A stretch of DNA of 64,000 nucleotides from Alphaproteobacteria bacterium (GCA_038121105.1 JAYONB010000008.1:15823-79822), one strand, 5' to 3'. Positions 16,673 to 27,335 are shown, numbered from the stretch's first letter. Notes: a model not told the origin generated them from the letters alone. Made by a program: numbers and translations.

Positions 16673-17572
16673 CTAGGGCGCCTCGGCGAGGCGATGGCTG
16701 TCGAACCTCTGAAGAGCATTCACCGAGATCACGTTTCTTACCAGGTCAACGTAGCGTTCGCGTTCCTCAGAATAGCGGGTCAGCGTGGTAGCGAGTGCCA
16801 TCGAATCGACGGCATTTCCTTGGCGGCGCATTTGAGCGCGAAGCCGTCGGAACTCGCTGTGGGCAGGGTGCGTGTTCAGGGTGATCATGTAGCCCCATAT
16901 GGATCGCATGAGCGATTCAAAGCGCTGGACTCGAAAGTTCGGGTCTTGGACCTCTTTAGGGCTAAACCCGGCACGATCGGGGTCAAAAGTCCGTTGCCCA
17001 AAAATAGCGTTTCCGGATTGGGCAAAGCGCGATGTCCCCCAGCCGCTTTCGATAGCGGCCTGTGCGACGGCCAGGGACGGCGGCACGATATCCAGGCGCG
17101 CGAGCAACGTTCGCGGATCGGTTGAGGTTGTGCCGTAACGCTGTGCGATAGACGCCAGCCACGCGCGATCGGCATCGCTGGGGGTGTTGCCGGATTGCGC
17201 GATCTGGAGAACTCGTTTCCGGTCGGCCAAGATGGCTTCGTTCAGGCGAAGGACCTGTGGCACCACAATTCGAAGAAAGAGTTGCTTGCGGCGCTCCGTG
17301 TCCTCGATCTCCGTCATGTCGTGGGGCATCGATCGGACGTAGACGCGTGGAACGCGGCTGGGGAACGTTGTACCGCGAAATTCTTCACCAAAGATCGTCT
17401 CCAGTTCTGCGGCTTGGCGCACGTGGACGAAGTTCGTGGAACGAATGTTCTTTACCGAAACTGGCGCACAGGCGGAGCAAAGACCTCTGATCTCCGGCCA
17501 TGCAATCAGTAGGCTGGCGAGCAAAAGGACTGCAAACAGGCCGGCCAGGAACACGATTCGCGAATGGAACAT
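16673..17572 (-). CDS. glucosaminidase-domain protein (Bax-like)
   Basis: AQAAIESGWGTSRFAQSGNAIFGQ (GH73-type motif) and an N-terminal membrane anchor FLAGLFAVLLLASLLIA. Confidence 0.7.
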   Translation of the reverse strand: MFHSRIVFLAGLFAVLLLASLLIAWPEIRGLCSACAPVSVKNIRSTNFVHVRQAAELETIFGEEFRGTTFPSRVPRVYVRSMPHDMTEIEDTERRKQLFLRIVVPQVLRLNEAILADRKRVLQIAQSGNTPSDADRAWLASIAQRYGTTSTDPRTLLARLDIVPPSLAVAQAAIESGWGTSRFAQSGNAIFGQRTFDPDRAGFSPKEVQDPNFRVQRFESLMRSIWGYMITLNTHPAHSEFRRLRAQMRRQGNAVDSMALATTLTRYSEERERYVDLVRNVISVNALQRFDSHRLAEAP

Positions 17573-17584
17573 TCGAAGGGTTCT

Positions 17585-19345
17585 CTAAGCAGGCGGGCCA
17601 AATAGGAAGGTTACGTTACTGCGCCGATTCTCGTAGCCAGACTTGAATGAAAACCGATCGGTGCGGTGTACCGTCCCTGCGCCAAATATAAGTCCGCGAT
17701 TGCAACGATAGGGGACGGCCTCCGATTTTGCGCCGGGTTCGTTGGCGATAGCGTCGAGGATGCGGGCTTTCTCCGTCATGGGTTTGGTGAAAAAGTCTTT
17801 TGGACCGCGCCGGTTCCAGAAAACCAGGCCGCCCGAATCGGGGTCGAGGTTGGCGTCATCCGGCGTAATCCAAAGATTCATGCTTACCGTGGCGGCATCG
17901 GTATGCAACGCGAGGCCCGACAGATCGGCGTAGTATCGATATGCCCAGCACGCCTGGAACATCTGCCGCCCAAAGATGTCCGGAAAAAATGTCTGAAGGT
18001 CTCGCGCGATTTGGAAGATCAGCGGCGCGGCAAAACCGTTGACCATCGACGTTCCCACTTCGCCGGTGAAATTCGACTGAAACCATATCGTCGAGTGCGC
18101 ACAAAATTGTTGCAAATCGGCCAAGGCCTCGGGTTGCAAGATGTCGTCCACCAATGCGAAGCCGGTCGAACCGGAAACGAACTGTTCTTGAATTGCCGTA
18201 AAATCAAGATCGCGACGCAGGGCGCCTCCGGATCGTGCCGGTGCCGGATCGACATAAAGCACGCGGTTGCAGTACCGCGCCGTCGCGCCTACACCACGTT
18301 CCTTCAAATCGATTTCGGTATCGTCGTGACCGTCGCCGAGTTGCGTAATGGTCTCTTCCAAATCCCGCAGCACCGTATCCATGTGCGCGGGAACGAGATC
18401 GGCCGAGCGCAAAATCGCCAGCTGTTGCGCGTCATGGGCAAGCTTTGTTGGGGTCACTCGAAATAGCTGGGGGTCGTCTGTTTCGTGACCCGGCGGTGTC
18501 CGATCGCGCCTCACCCCGTCGAGAAGAACCTCGGTCGCGCCATCAAGGTCATCCAATTCAATGAGGACCAGAGCAAGCTGTTTGCGCGCCAAGCGGTCAT
18601 CCGGCGCTATCTTGGCGGCGGTCGTAAGGGATGCTTTAGCGTCTGCCAGGTCGCCCTTCCAATAGAGGGCCGCCCCGAGGTTTCTATGGGCCTCTGCCAG
18701 TTGGGGTTCCAGCGAAATTGCCTGGCGACACCAATGGGCGGCATCTTCCCACGCGTTTGTTTCGACATAGGCGCCTCCCAGGTTCGCCATCGCCTCTGCG
18801 TAGGTGTGGCGGAGCTTTATTGCCACCTGGTAGGCGGCGATGGCGTCCTCGTACCGCATGGCCGACTTCAGGCCATTCCCCAGATTGTTGTGAATCTCGG
18901 CAATGCCCGGTGCGCGGGCCGCGGCTTCCGTTAGTGCGGCGACGGCGTCTTCAAACTCGCCGGCTTGGCGGAGCGCAACGCCTAGATTGTTGTGGGCAGC
19001 GGCTAGCGAGGAGTCTCGTGCGACGGCATTGCGCCCGGCCGCCACGGCCCCTTCTATGTCGCCCGACTGGCGCAAAACGTTGGATAGATCGGTCCACACC
19101 GCGGCGCTTTCAACGTCGATCTGACTTGCGCGGGTCAGTGCGCGGGCACCCTCGTCGAGTTTACCGATCCGCGCAGCGGCGAGCCCGACAATGTGCCACA
19201 ACGGCGCATGACGTTGGTGCCGCTTTAGCCCGCGTCGGCCCGCGTTATAGGCGCCCTTCGCATCGTTCGCCTGGAATAGGCGAAGCGCCTCCGCCGTCGC
19301 CTGGGCGGGGCTATGCCGCGATTCCGCTTTCGGTGGCTGTCCCAC
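17585..19345 (-). CDS. TPR-repeat protein fused to a 2OG-Fe(II) oxygenase (prolyl-hydroxylase-like) C-terminal domain
   Basis: Roughly 8 TPR-like units occupy about the first 270 aa. The C-terminal part has LHTDAA (HxD) ... GGLVFW ... GTVHRTD ... RRSNVTFLFG (distal His and Arg). GTG start. Confidence 0.65.
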   Translation of the reverse strand: MGQPPKAESRHSPAQATAEALRLFQANDAKGAYNAGRRGLKRHQRHAPLWHIVGLAAARIGKLDEGARALTRASQIDVESAAVWTDLSNVLRQSGDIEGAVAAGRNAVARDSSLAAAHNNLGVALRQAGEFEDAVAALTEAAARAPGIAEIHNNLGNGLKSAMRYEDAIAAYQVAIKLRHTYAEAMANLGGAYVETNAWEDAAHWCRQAISLEPQLAEAHRNLGAALYWKGDLADAKASLTTAAKIAPDDRLARKQLALVLIELDDLDGATEVLLDGVRRDRTPPGHETDDPQLFRVTPTKLAHDAQQLAILRSADLVPAHMDTVLRDLEETITQLGDGHDDTEIDLKERGVGATARYCNRVLYVDPAPARSGGALRRDLDFTAIQEQFVSGSTGFALVDDILQPEALADLQQFCAHSTIWFQSNFTGEVGTSMVNGFAAPLIFQIARDLQTFFPDIFGRQMFQACWAYRYYADLSGLALHTDAATVSMNLWITPDDANLDPDSGGLVFWNRRGPKDFFTKPMTEKARILDAIANEPGAKSEAVPYRCNRGLIFGAGTVHRTDRFSFKSGYENRRSNVTFLFGPPA

Positions 19346-19520
19346 GTTGAATCCTCGTTCGCGCCCCTATTCTAGCTCTAATAGTGGTGATTCGATGGAC
19401 AAACTGGAGTTGCCGGTTTGCCGCCACCAATAGGGCTGAACTCATGTGAAACCCATGGAGAGGGCGAGGGGGTTGGGGCGACGATGGCAAATCGCGACAC
19501 CCAACGTGGAAGGCAGGAAA

Positions 19521-19595
19521 TGGTGGGCGCGGCTGGGATCGAACCAGCGACCCCTACGATGTGAACGTAATGCTCTACCGCTGAGCTACGCGCCC
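19521..19595 (-). tRNA. tRNA-Val (anticodon CAC)
   Basis: Reverse complement reads GGGCGCG-TA-GCTC-AGCGGTA-GAGC-A-TTACG-TTCACAT-CGTAG-GGGTC-GCTGG-TTCGATC-CCAGC-CGCGCCC-A-CCA. This is a 75-nt cloverleaf with encoded CCA. Confidence 0.9.
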
Positions 19596-19748
19596 GCCGC
19601 GGTCGTAATAGGTTTGCCGGCGGGTCAAGTCAAGGCACGTCGGGTCATGAGCCGCGCGTGTTGCAAAATCCGGTAAGATTTCGTTACTTGGTACAAGATA
19701 AGGGCGTGTGGCATCGTCCTGCCGCCCAACGCCATGAGCCAAAATTAG

Positions 19749-21095
19749 ATGGACTCCCAGTCAGTCGCCGCCATTGTTCTTGCCGCCGGCAAGGGAACGA
19801 GGATGCGTTCTTCGTTGCCAAAAGTGATGCACCCGATCGGCGGGCGCCCGATGCTGAGTCATCTTCTTTCGACGGTGGCTCGGGCAGGGATCGGGCGCGT
19901 CGTGGTGGTTGTTAGCCCCGATATGGCCGAAGAAACCCGAAAATTGGTCGACGGCCAAGTGGCGATCCAGGACCCCGCTCAAGGGACGGGTCACGCCGCG
20001 CAATGCGCGATGCCTGCGCTTGAAGGATTTGAGGGGACGGTACTCGTCTTGTTTGGTGCCGACCCGCTCGTTTCGACGGAGACGCTGCGGCGCCTAATCG
20101 AAGCCCGTTCGAGTGCGGACGCGCCAGCGATCGTCGTCTTGGGCTTTCGGCCGGAGGATCCGGCGCAATATGGCCGGCTGGTTATCGAACCGACCGGCCG
20201 TTTACGGAAGATCGTTGAATTCTGGGATGCCGATGAAGCAACGCGTGCCATCGATCTCTGTAACTCAGGCGTTATCGCCGCTGATGCATCGATGCTATCG
20301 GCTCTTTTGAGTCGGTTGAGCAACGACAATGCCAAAGGCGAATACTACCTTACGGACATCGTGGAACTTGCGTGCCAGGAGGGAACAACTTGTGCCGTCG
20401 TCGAAGGCGACCCGAGCGAACTGATTGGGATCGACACGCGAAGCGACCTCGCGCGCGCCGAAGCCGCCTTTCAACAACAAGCGCGGCAACGGGTCCTTGA
20501 CGGCGGGGCGACAATGACCGATCCGGGTTCGGTTTGGTTTTGCTTCGACACTGAGGTCGGTGCCGATGTCGTCATCGAGCCCAATGTCGTCTTCGGCCCT
20601 GGCGTAAAGATAGCTGACCACGTCACGATCAAGGCGTTCAGTCACCTTGAGGGATGTCACGTGCATCCCGGGGCGATGGTCGGTCCTTATGCACGGTTGC
20701 GTCCGGGCACCGACATCGGGGCGCGCGCGAAAATCGGCAACTTCGTCGAGGTAAAGAAATCCGAAATCTCTCCCGGGGCCAAAGTGAATCACCTGACGTA
20801 TATCGGTGATGCCACCGTGGGGGAGAACGCCAACATAGGCGCGGGAACGATCACGGCCAACTACGACGGTTTTCGCAAATCGAAGACCGAAATTGGGCCC
20901 GACGCGTCGATCGGATCGAATGCCGTTCTTGTCGCGCCGGTCAAAATAGGGCGCGGGGCGACAGTAGGTGCAGGCACGGTGGTTCGAGAGGACGTCGCCG
21001 CTGACGCATTGCGGGTCACGGACACCCGAAGTATCGAAGCGACCCACGACGGTTGGTCGACAAAAAAACGATCGCGGGCGGAGAGCAAAACGTAA
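19749..21095 (+). CDS. glmU: bifunctional UDP-N-acetylglucosamine pyrophosphorylase / glucosamine-1-phosphate N-acetyltransferase
   Basis: LAAGKGTRM, a C-terminal hexapeptide-repeat (LbH) region, 448 aa. The stop overlaps the glmS ATG (TAATG). Confidence 0.95.
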   Translation: MDSQSVAAIVLAAGKGTRMRSSLPKVMHPIGGRPMLSHLLSTVARAGIGRVVVVVSPDMAEETRKLVDGQVAIQDPAQGTGHAAQCAMPALEGFEGTVLVLFGADPLVSTETLRRLIEARSSADAPAIVVLGFRPEDPAQYGRLVIEPTGRLRKIVEFWDADEATRAIDLCNSGVIAADASMLSALLSRLSNDNAKGEYYLTDIVELACQEGTTCAVVEGDPSELIGIDTRSDLARAEAAFQQQARQRVLDGGATMTDPGSVWFCFDTEVGADVVIEPNVVFGPGVKIADHVTIKAFSHLEGCHVHPGAMVGPYARLRPGTDIGARAKIGNFVEVKKSEISPGAKVNHLTYIGDATVGENANIGAGTITANYDGFRKSKTEIGPDASIGSNAVLVAPVKIGRGATVGAGTVVREDVAADALRVTDTRSIEATHDGWSTKKRSRAESKT

Positions 21096-22918
21096 TGTGC
21101 GGCATTGTTGGAGTCGTCGGAAGCGGCGATATCGCAGGACGTGTCCTTGAAGGCCTTCGGCGCCTCGAGTACCGGGGCTATGACTCGGCTGGCATTGCCA
21201 CCGTCGTCAACGGGTCGCTGGATCGTCGCCGAGCGAAAGGGAAAATCGGTGAACTGGCGTCGCTCCTCGAGAGGTCGTCTCTGCCAGGTGATATTGGAAT
21301 TGGCCATACTCGCTGGGCGACCCACGGCGTGCCGAACGAGATCAATGCGCACCCGCATGCTACGGCACGGGTTGCGGCGGTGCACAACGGGATTATCGAG
21401 AATTTCAGTGAACTCCGTGAGGAGCTGGTCAGTGCGGGCCGCAACTTCGAGAGCGAGACAGACTCCGAGGCGATCGTCCATCTGATCTCTTCCTACCTCG
21501 ATGAGGGTGATAGCCCACAGACGGCGGTCTCCCGATCCCTGAAACGTCTTGAGGGGGCATTTTCTCTGGCGATTGTTTTTGCCGGCGAGCACGATCTGAT
21601 GATCGGCGCGCGGCGCGGCAGTCCCTTGGCCGTCGGCTGGGGAGCAGGTGAGATGTTCCTCGGTTCCGATGCGATCGCCCTGGCCTCAGAAACCAATCGT
21701 ATTTCGTATCTCGAAGACGGCGATTGGGTCGAGCTAAGCCGCAAAGGGGCCGTTTTTCATGATGCCGACGACCAAATTGTCGAACGCGCGATAAGATCCA
21801 GCGCCGCGTCCGGTGCCCTGGTCGGCAAGGGAAACTATAGGCACTTTATGGAGAAAGAGATCCATGAACAACCGACGGTGATCGGTGAGACGCTGAACGG
21901 GTATTTCAATCCTTCGGATCGAACGATTCAGCTTCCCGATCTGGGCATATCCTTGGACACCGTCCCGAAAGTGACGATCATCGCGTGCGGCACCTCATAC
22001 CTTGCGGCGTTGGTCGGCAAGTTCTGGATTGAGCGGTATGCAAAGGTCTCGGTCGAAATCGACATTGCGTCCGAGTTCCGCTATCGCGGTGCGCCCATGC
22101 CAAAAGGTGGCCTTGCCCTGTTTATCTCTCAATCCGGAGAGACGGCCGATACATTGGCGGCGCTACGTTTCGCGCGCGCCCAAAACCAACATACGGTGTC
22201 CCTGGTGAACGTGCCCGAAAGCACGATGGCGCGCGAAAGCCATGCCGTACTCATGACCAATGCGGGACCGGAAATCGGGGTCGCTTCGACAAAAGCGTTT
22301 ACCTGCCAGTTGGTTGCGTTGGCGGCGTTCGCGATTTCTTTGGCTCGCGCTAAAGCCACGATCTCCAGCGCCGATGAGGCGCGTCTGTCCCATGCGATCG
22401 CAGAGGTGCCCGCCCGCGCAGTGGATGTCTTGAATCATGATGCCGCGATTAAGACGCTGGCCGAATCGATGGTGGCGGCTCGGAGCATCCTCTACATCGG
22501 CCGCGGCTTGTCCTACCCGATCGCGCTTGAGGGGGCCCTCAAGCTGAAAGAGATTTCCTACATCCATGCCGAAGGCTTCGCCGCTGGAGAGCTCAAACAC
22601 GGACCGATCGCGTTGATCGACGAAAACGTACCGGTCGTTGTGATCGCACCCAGTGACGATCTTTTTGACAAAACGATGTCCAACCTCAAAGAGGTCGCGG
22701 CACGCGGTGGACGCGTCGTTCTTATCACGGACGAGGCAGGTCGCACGAAAGCGGGTGAAGAACCTTGGGAAACCGTCGTGATGCCCGATGTAGACCCCTT
22801 CGTGGCACCCATTCTCTATGCCATCCCGGTTCAACTCCTGGCCTACCATGTTGCCGTTCACAAGGGCACGGATGTCGATCAGCCGCGGAATTTGGCGAAG
22901 TCTGTAACCGTCGAGTGA
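21095..22918 (+). CDS. glmS: glutamine--fructose-6-phosphate aminotransferase
   Basis: MCGIVG N-terminal nucleophile, two SIS domains, and a C-terminal ...NLAKSVTVE. The track start at 21053 is over-extended. Confidence 0.95.
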   Translation: MCGIVGVVGSGDIAGRVLEGLRRLEYRGYDSAGIATVVNGSLDRRRAKGKIGELASLLERSSLPGDIGIGHTRWATHGVPNEINAHPHATARVAAVHNGIIENFSELREELVSAGRNFESETDSEAIVHLISSYLDEGDSPQTAVSRSLKRLEGAFSLAIVFAGEHDLMIGARRGSPLAVGWGAGEMFLGSDAIALASETNRISYLEDGDWVELSRKGAVFHDADDQIVERAIRSSAASGALVGKGNYRHFMEKEIHEQPTVIGETLNGYFNPSDRTIQLPDLGISLDTVPKVTIIACGTSYLAALVGKFWIERYAKVSVEIDIASEFRYRGAPMPKGGLALFISQSGETADTLAALRFARAQNQHTVSLVNVPESTMARESHAVLMTNAGPEIGVASTKAFTCQLVALAAFAISLARAKATISSADEARLSHAIAEVPARAVDVLNHDAAIKTLAESMVAARSILYIGRGLSYPIALEGALKLKEISYIHAEGFAAGELKHGPIALIDENVPVVVIAPSDDLFDKTMSNLKEVAARGGRVVLITDEAGRTKAGEEPWETVVMPDVDPFVAPILYAIPVQLLAYHVAVHKGTDVDQPRNLAKSVTVE

Positions 22919-23011
22919 CGACCTGACGCCGGCCAAGGCGGGGCTGCACGACGGTCTAAGCCTGATATAGTTCCGCGCAAACCACACCCACTCATCAGAG
23001 GGATATTTCGC

Positions 23012-24469
23012 GTGAAACTCGCCGACACCAAACTGTTTCGCCAACAAGCCTATGTCGCCGGCCAATGGTCGGATGCCGATGGGGGCGACACGATCGCCGT
23101 CAACAATCCCGCGACCGACGAAACTCTAGGGACGGTCCCCAAGATGGGCGCGGCGGAAACCCGACGCGCGATCGATGCGGCGGCGGCGGCCTACCCGGAA
23201 TGGCGTGCAAAAACCGGCAAGGAGCGCGCAGGCATATTGCGTCGCTGGTTCGAGTTGATGATGGAGAACCAGGATGATCTTGGTGTTCTGATGACGGCCG
23301 AACAGGGCAAGCCCCTGGCCGAGGCAAAGGGCGAGGTGGCCTATGCCGCCTCTTTTATCGAGTGGTTCGGTGAAGAAGCAAAACGGGTCTACGGCGATAC
23401 CATTCCGAGTCATGCCGCTGATAAGCGCATCATGGTTCTGAAAGAGCCAATCGGCGTCACCGCGGCGATCACGCCGTGGAACTTTCCCGCCGCGATGATC
23501 ACCCGTAAGGCGGGTGCAGCTTTGGCCGCCGGCTGCCCGATGGTCATCAAACCCGCATCGCAAACGCCGTTTTCCGCGTTGGCGCTTGCAGAACTGGGCG
23601 AGCGGGCGGGTATTCCCGCCGGTGTGCTGAGCGTTCTTACAGGATCGGCGGCGGAAATCGGCGGCGAAATGACGAGCAACCCGACGGTGCGCAAGTTGTC
23701 GTTCACCGGATCGACCCAGATCGGCAAAAAACTCATGGCGCAGAGCGCTGGCACAATGAAAAAGCTTTCCCTCGAGTTGGGCGGCAACGCGCCGTTTATT
23801 GTGTTTGATGACGCCGATCTCGATGCCGCGGTTGAAGGCGCGATCGCATCGAAATACCGCAACACGGGGCAAACTTGTGTGTGTGCCAACCGGCTTCTTG
23901 TTCAGGACGGTGTCTACGACGCCTTCGCGGAAAAACTCGGTCAGGCTGTCGCCAAACTGCGTGTCGGTAACGGCTTGGAGGGAGAAACCGAACAGGGCCC
24001 CCTCATCGACATGGCCGCTGTAGAAAAGGTCGAGGAACACGTGGCCGATGCCTTGGGTAAAGGCGCGCGGTTGGTCATGGGGGGCGCGCGCCACGCTCTC
24101 GGCGGGACGTTCTACGAACCGACGGTTCTGGCGGATGTTACCCCTGCCATGTTGGTGTCCAAGGAGGAGACCTTTGGGCCTCTCGCGCCGCTCTACCGTT
24201 TCGAAACGGACGATGAAGCGCTGGCTATGGCGAACGATACGGAGTTTGGTTTGGCTTCGTATTTCTATAGCCGGGATATCGGCCGGATTTGGCGCATTTC
24301 GGAGGGGCTGGAATACGGCATTGTCGGCATTAACACCGGGTTGATATCGACCGAAGTGGCGCCGTTCGGCGGGATTAAGGAATCCGGGCTCGGCCGCGAG
24401 GGATCGAAGTACGGGATCGAAGACTATCTCGAGATCAAGTACCTGTGTGTCGGCGGTATCGACCGCTAG
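23012..24469 (+). CDS. gabD: NAD(P)+-dependent succinate-semialdehyde dehydrogenase
   Basis: Aldehyde dehydrogenase motifs ELGGNAP and GQTCVCANR; N-terminus KLFRQQAYVAGQW; GTG start. Confidence 0.85.
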   Translation: MKLADTKLFRQQAYVAGQWSDADGGDTIAVNNPATDETLGTVPKMGAAETRRAIDAAAAAYPEWRAKTGKERAGILRRWFELMMENQDDLGVLMTAEQGKPLAEAKGEVAYAASFIEWFGEEAKRVYGDTIPSHAADKRIMVLKEPIGVTAAITPWNFPAAMITRKAGAALAAGCPMVIKPASQTPFSALALAELGERAGIPAGVLSVLTGSAAEIGGEMTSNPTVRKLSFTGSTQIGKKLMAQSAGTMKKLSLELGGNAPFIVFDDADLDAAVEGAIASKYRNTGQTCVCANRLLVQDGVYDAFAEKLGQAVAKLRVGNGLEGETEQGPLIDMAAVEKVEEHVADALGKGARLVMGGARHALGGTFYEPTVLADVTPAMLVSKEETFGPLAPLYRFETDDEALAMANDTEFGLASYFYSRDIGRIWRISEGLEYGIVGINTGLISTEVAPFGGIKESGLGREGSKYGIEDYLEIKYLCVGGIDR

Positions 24470-24483
24470 TAAGGAAGAGAAAT

Positions 24484-25860
24484 ATGTCTGAGTTTGAGTT
24501 CGATCTCTTCGTGATCGGCGCCGGTTCCGGTGGCGTCCGGGCGTCCCGCGTCGCTGCCAACCATGGCGCACGGGTTGGCATTTGCGAAGATAGCCGGGTG
24601 GGGGGCACCTGCGTCATCCGCGGCTGCATTCCGAAGAAATTTATGGTCTACGCATCGCACTTCGCCGAGCATTTTGAAGATGCCGCAGACTACGGCTGGC
24701 ACCTTGGGCCGCGCAGCTTTAGCTGGCCCAAGTTTAAAGCCGCCAAAGACAAAGAGATCGACCGGCTCAATCAAATCTACCATCGCCTGCTGGATGGCGC
24801 TGGCGTGTCTCTCATCGATGGACGCGGCACCTTGGTGGACGCGCATACCATCGACGTTGACGGCCGTCAGGTCACGGCGGACAAAATCCTCATCGCGACC
24901 GGCGGTTGGCCGTTCATGCCAAAGATCGGTGGCATCGAACATGCCATTACCTCAAACGAGTTTTTCGAACTCGAGGAGCAACCCCGTCGTGTGATCGTTG
25001 TTGGCGGTGGGTTCATCGCGGTTGAATTTGCCGGCATTCTCAACGGCCTAGGTTCTGAGGTCACGCAAATCTACCGCGGCGAGCAAATCCTTCGCGGATT
25101 CGACAGAGACGTTCGTGCGACGCTTGCGCAGGAAATGCGCAAGAAAGGTGTCGACATACGGGTCGAATCCAATATCCAGCACATTGAGAAAACCGGCGCA
25201 GGCCTCATTGCCACGTGTGAAGACGGGGCCATTCTCGAAGCCGATTGTATTCTGTATGCGACCGGTCGCGCGCCCAAGACGGCAGGCCTCAATCTAGAGG
25301 CGCTCGGGATTGAAATGAAAAAGAACGGCGCCATCGTCGTCGACAAGTATTCCCAAACTAATGTCGACAACATATACGCAGTTGGCGATGTGACCGATCG
25401 GATCAACCTAACACCGGTCGCACTGAACGAAGGTTTGTGTTTCGCCGATACGGTCTTTGGCGGGCGGGAACGTGTGATGGACCACGAAAATGTTGCGTCT
25501 GCCGTGTTCAGCCAGCCGAGTGTCGGCACCGTGGGTCTCACCGAGCAGGAAGCGCGCGAAAAAGTAGGGGCTGTCGATATCTACAAGTCGACCTTCCGAC
25601 CGCTGATCCACACGCTTTCCGGTCGAGACGAAAAAACGATGATGAAGATCGTCGTGGATGCAGCGTCCGACAAAGTCCTTGGCGTCCATATGGTGGGCCC
25701 GGAAGCGGCGGAGATCGTCCAGGGACTTGCGGTAGCGGTCAAAATGGGGGCCACCAAGGCCGATTTCGACGCAACTGTAGGGATTCACCCTACTGCCGCC
25801 GAAGAATTTGTCACGATGCGGGAGCGATATGTGGACCCCGAGGCCGAAGCAGCCGAGTAG
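24484..25860 (+). CDS. gor: glutathione-disulfide reductase
   Basis: FDLFVIGAGSGGV, redox-active GGTCVIRGCIPKK, C-terminal dimerisation domain with HPT. I trimmed the start to MSEFEF. Confidence 0.9.
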   Translation: MSEFEFDLFVIGAGSGGVRASRVAANHGARVGICEDSRVGGTCVIRGCIPKKFMVYASHFAEHFEDAADYGWHLGPRSFSWPKFKAAKDKEIDRLNQIYHRLLDGAGVSLIDGRGTLVDAHTIDVDGRQVTADKILIATGGWPFMPKIGGIEHAITSNEFFELEEQPRRVIVVGGGFIAVEFAGILNGLGSEVTQIYRGEQILRGFDRDVRATLAQEMRKKGVDIRVESNIQHIEKTGAGLIATCEDGAILEADCILYATGRAPKTAGLNLEALGIEMKKNGAIVVDKYSQTNVDNIYAVGDVTDRINLTPVALNEGLCFADTVFGGRERVMDHENVASAVFSQPSVGTVGLTEQEAREKVGAVDIYKSTFRPLIHTLSGRDEKTMMKIVVDAASDKVLGVHMVGPEAAEIVQGLAVAVKMGATKADFDATVGIHPTAAEEFVTMRERYVDPEAEAAE

Positions 25861-25939
25861 GGGATCGTTTGGTCGCCATGCCGTTTGGGGCGTATAAGCC
25901 CCAGACTGGATCAGTTGGGCCCCCGAGGACCTAATACAT

Positions 25940-27316
25940 ATGGCACAGGATTGGTCGATAGATTCCTGGCGCGCCGCGCCGATCAAACAGCAGCCCGAAT
26001 ACCGGGACGAAGAGGCGCTGCGCCAAGTCGAGAAAACCTTGCAAGGCTACCCCCCGCTAGTTTTTGCCGGCGAGGCGCGTAGCCTCAAGGCGTCCCTTGC
26101 CGATGTGGCGGCCGGTAACGCCTTCCTTCTTCAAGGCGGCGACTGCGCGGAGAGTTTCGCCGAGTTCCACCCAGACAACATTCGCGATGCGTTTCGGGTG
26201 CTGCTGCAAATGGCGGTGGTGCTCACCTTTGCAGGATCGTTGCCGGTCGTGAAGGTAGGACGGATTGCCGGTCAGTTTGCCAAGCCGCGCAGCGAACCCG
26301 TCGAGGTTCAAGATGGGATCGAACTGCCGAGCTATCGCGGAGATATCGTCAACGGCATTGATTTTTCCGAAGCGGCCCGCATACCCGACCCGGCCCGGTG
26401 GCTGCAGGCCTACGCCCAATCTGCAAGTACGCTCAATCTGATTCGTGCGTTTTCCCACGGTGGGTATTCGGCATTGGACCGCGTTCATGGATGGAACCTC
26501 GGGTTCGTCGAGCATAGCCCGCAAGGCGAACGCTACCGCGCGCTGGCGAACCGTATATCGGAGGCGCTCGACTTTATGCAGGCTTGCGGCCTAAACGCCG
26601 ATACGGTGCCGGTCCTGAGAGAAACTGATTTCTTTACCTCTCATGAAGCGCTGTTGCTCGGATACGAGCAGGCATTGACCCGCGTCGATTCGACATCCGG
26701 GCTTTGGTACGACACTTCGGCGCACTTCTTGTGGATCGGTGACCGTACTCGGCAGCTTGATGGCGCACACGTCGAATTTCTGCGTGGCGTAGCCAACCCG
26801 CTTGGTTTCAAGGCCGGTCCGTCGCTGGAGGTCGACGATGCCTTGCGCCTGATGGATCGCCTCAACCCGGAAAACGAACCGGGACGTCTCACGATCATCA
26901 GCCGCATGGGCGCAGATTCAATCGCCGAACACCTGCCGCGCTTGCTGCGCAAAATCACTGCCGAAGGCCGTCAGGTCGTTTGGTCTTGCGATCCCATGCA
27001 CGGCAACACCATCAAGTCCTCAACTGGGTACAAGACTCGCCGCTTCGACCGGATTCTCTCCGAGGTGACGGACTTCTTTGCCATTCACGAGGCGGAGGGC
27101 ACCTATGCTGGTGGCGTTCATTTCGAAATGACCGGCGGGGATGTGACCGAATGCTTGGGTGGGGCACAGGAGATTAGCGAAGAAGACCTATCTGATCGCT
27201 ATCACACCCACTGCGACCCACGCCTCAATGCGTCACAGGCGTTGGAGCTGGCGTTTCTCGTCGCGGATATGCTGAAGAACCGCAAAGCCGCTGCGCCTGG
27301 TCGAGCGGCGGCTTAA
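25940..27316 (+). CDS. class II 3-deoxy-7-phosphoheptulonate (DAHP) synthase
   Basis: [23 protein letters not shown] start, ...[11 protein letters not shown]..., 458 aa; typical of plant-like class II DAHPS. Confidence 0.9.
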   Translation: MAQDWSIDSWRAAPIKQQPEYRDEEALRQVEKTLQGYPPLVFAGEARSLKASLADVAAGNAFLLQGGDCAESFAEFHPDNIRDAFRVLLQMAVVLTFAGSLPVVKVGRIAGQFAKPRSEPVEVQDGIELPSYRGDIVNGIDFSEAARIPDPARWLQAYAQSASTLNLIRAFSHGGYSALDRVHGWNLGFVEHSPQGERYRALANRISEALDFMQACGLNADTVPVLRETDFFTSHEALLLGYEQALTRVDSTSGLWYDTSAHFLWIGDRTRQLDGAHVEFLRGVANPLGFKAGPSLEVDDALRLMDRLNPENEPGRLTIISRMGADSIAEHLPRLLRKITAEGRQVVWSCDPMHGNTIKSSTGYKTRRFDRILSEVTDFFAIHEAEGTYAGGVHFEMTGGDVTECLGGAQEISEEDLSDRYHTHCDPRLNASQALELAFLVADMLKNRKAAAPGRAAA

Positions 27317-27335
27317 TGTCTCGGGGGTTCAGCCG

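Noticed and set aside
19596-21100. Checked the glmU-glmS region for a glmS ribozyme, and the pur and aro genes for riboswitch-like leaders.
   Set aside because: glmS starts by overlapping the glmU stop (TAATG), so it has no leader. The other leaders are short and I recognised no conserved riboswitch cores in them.
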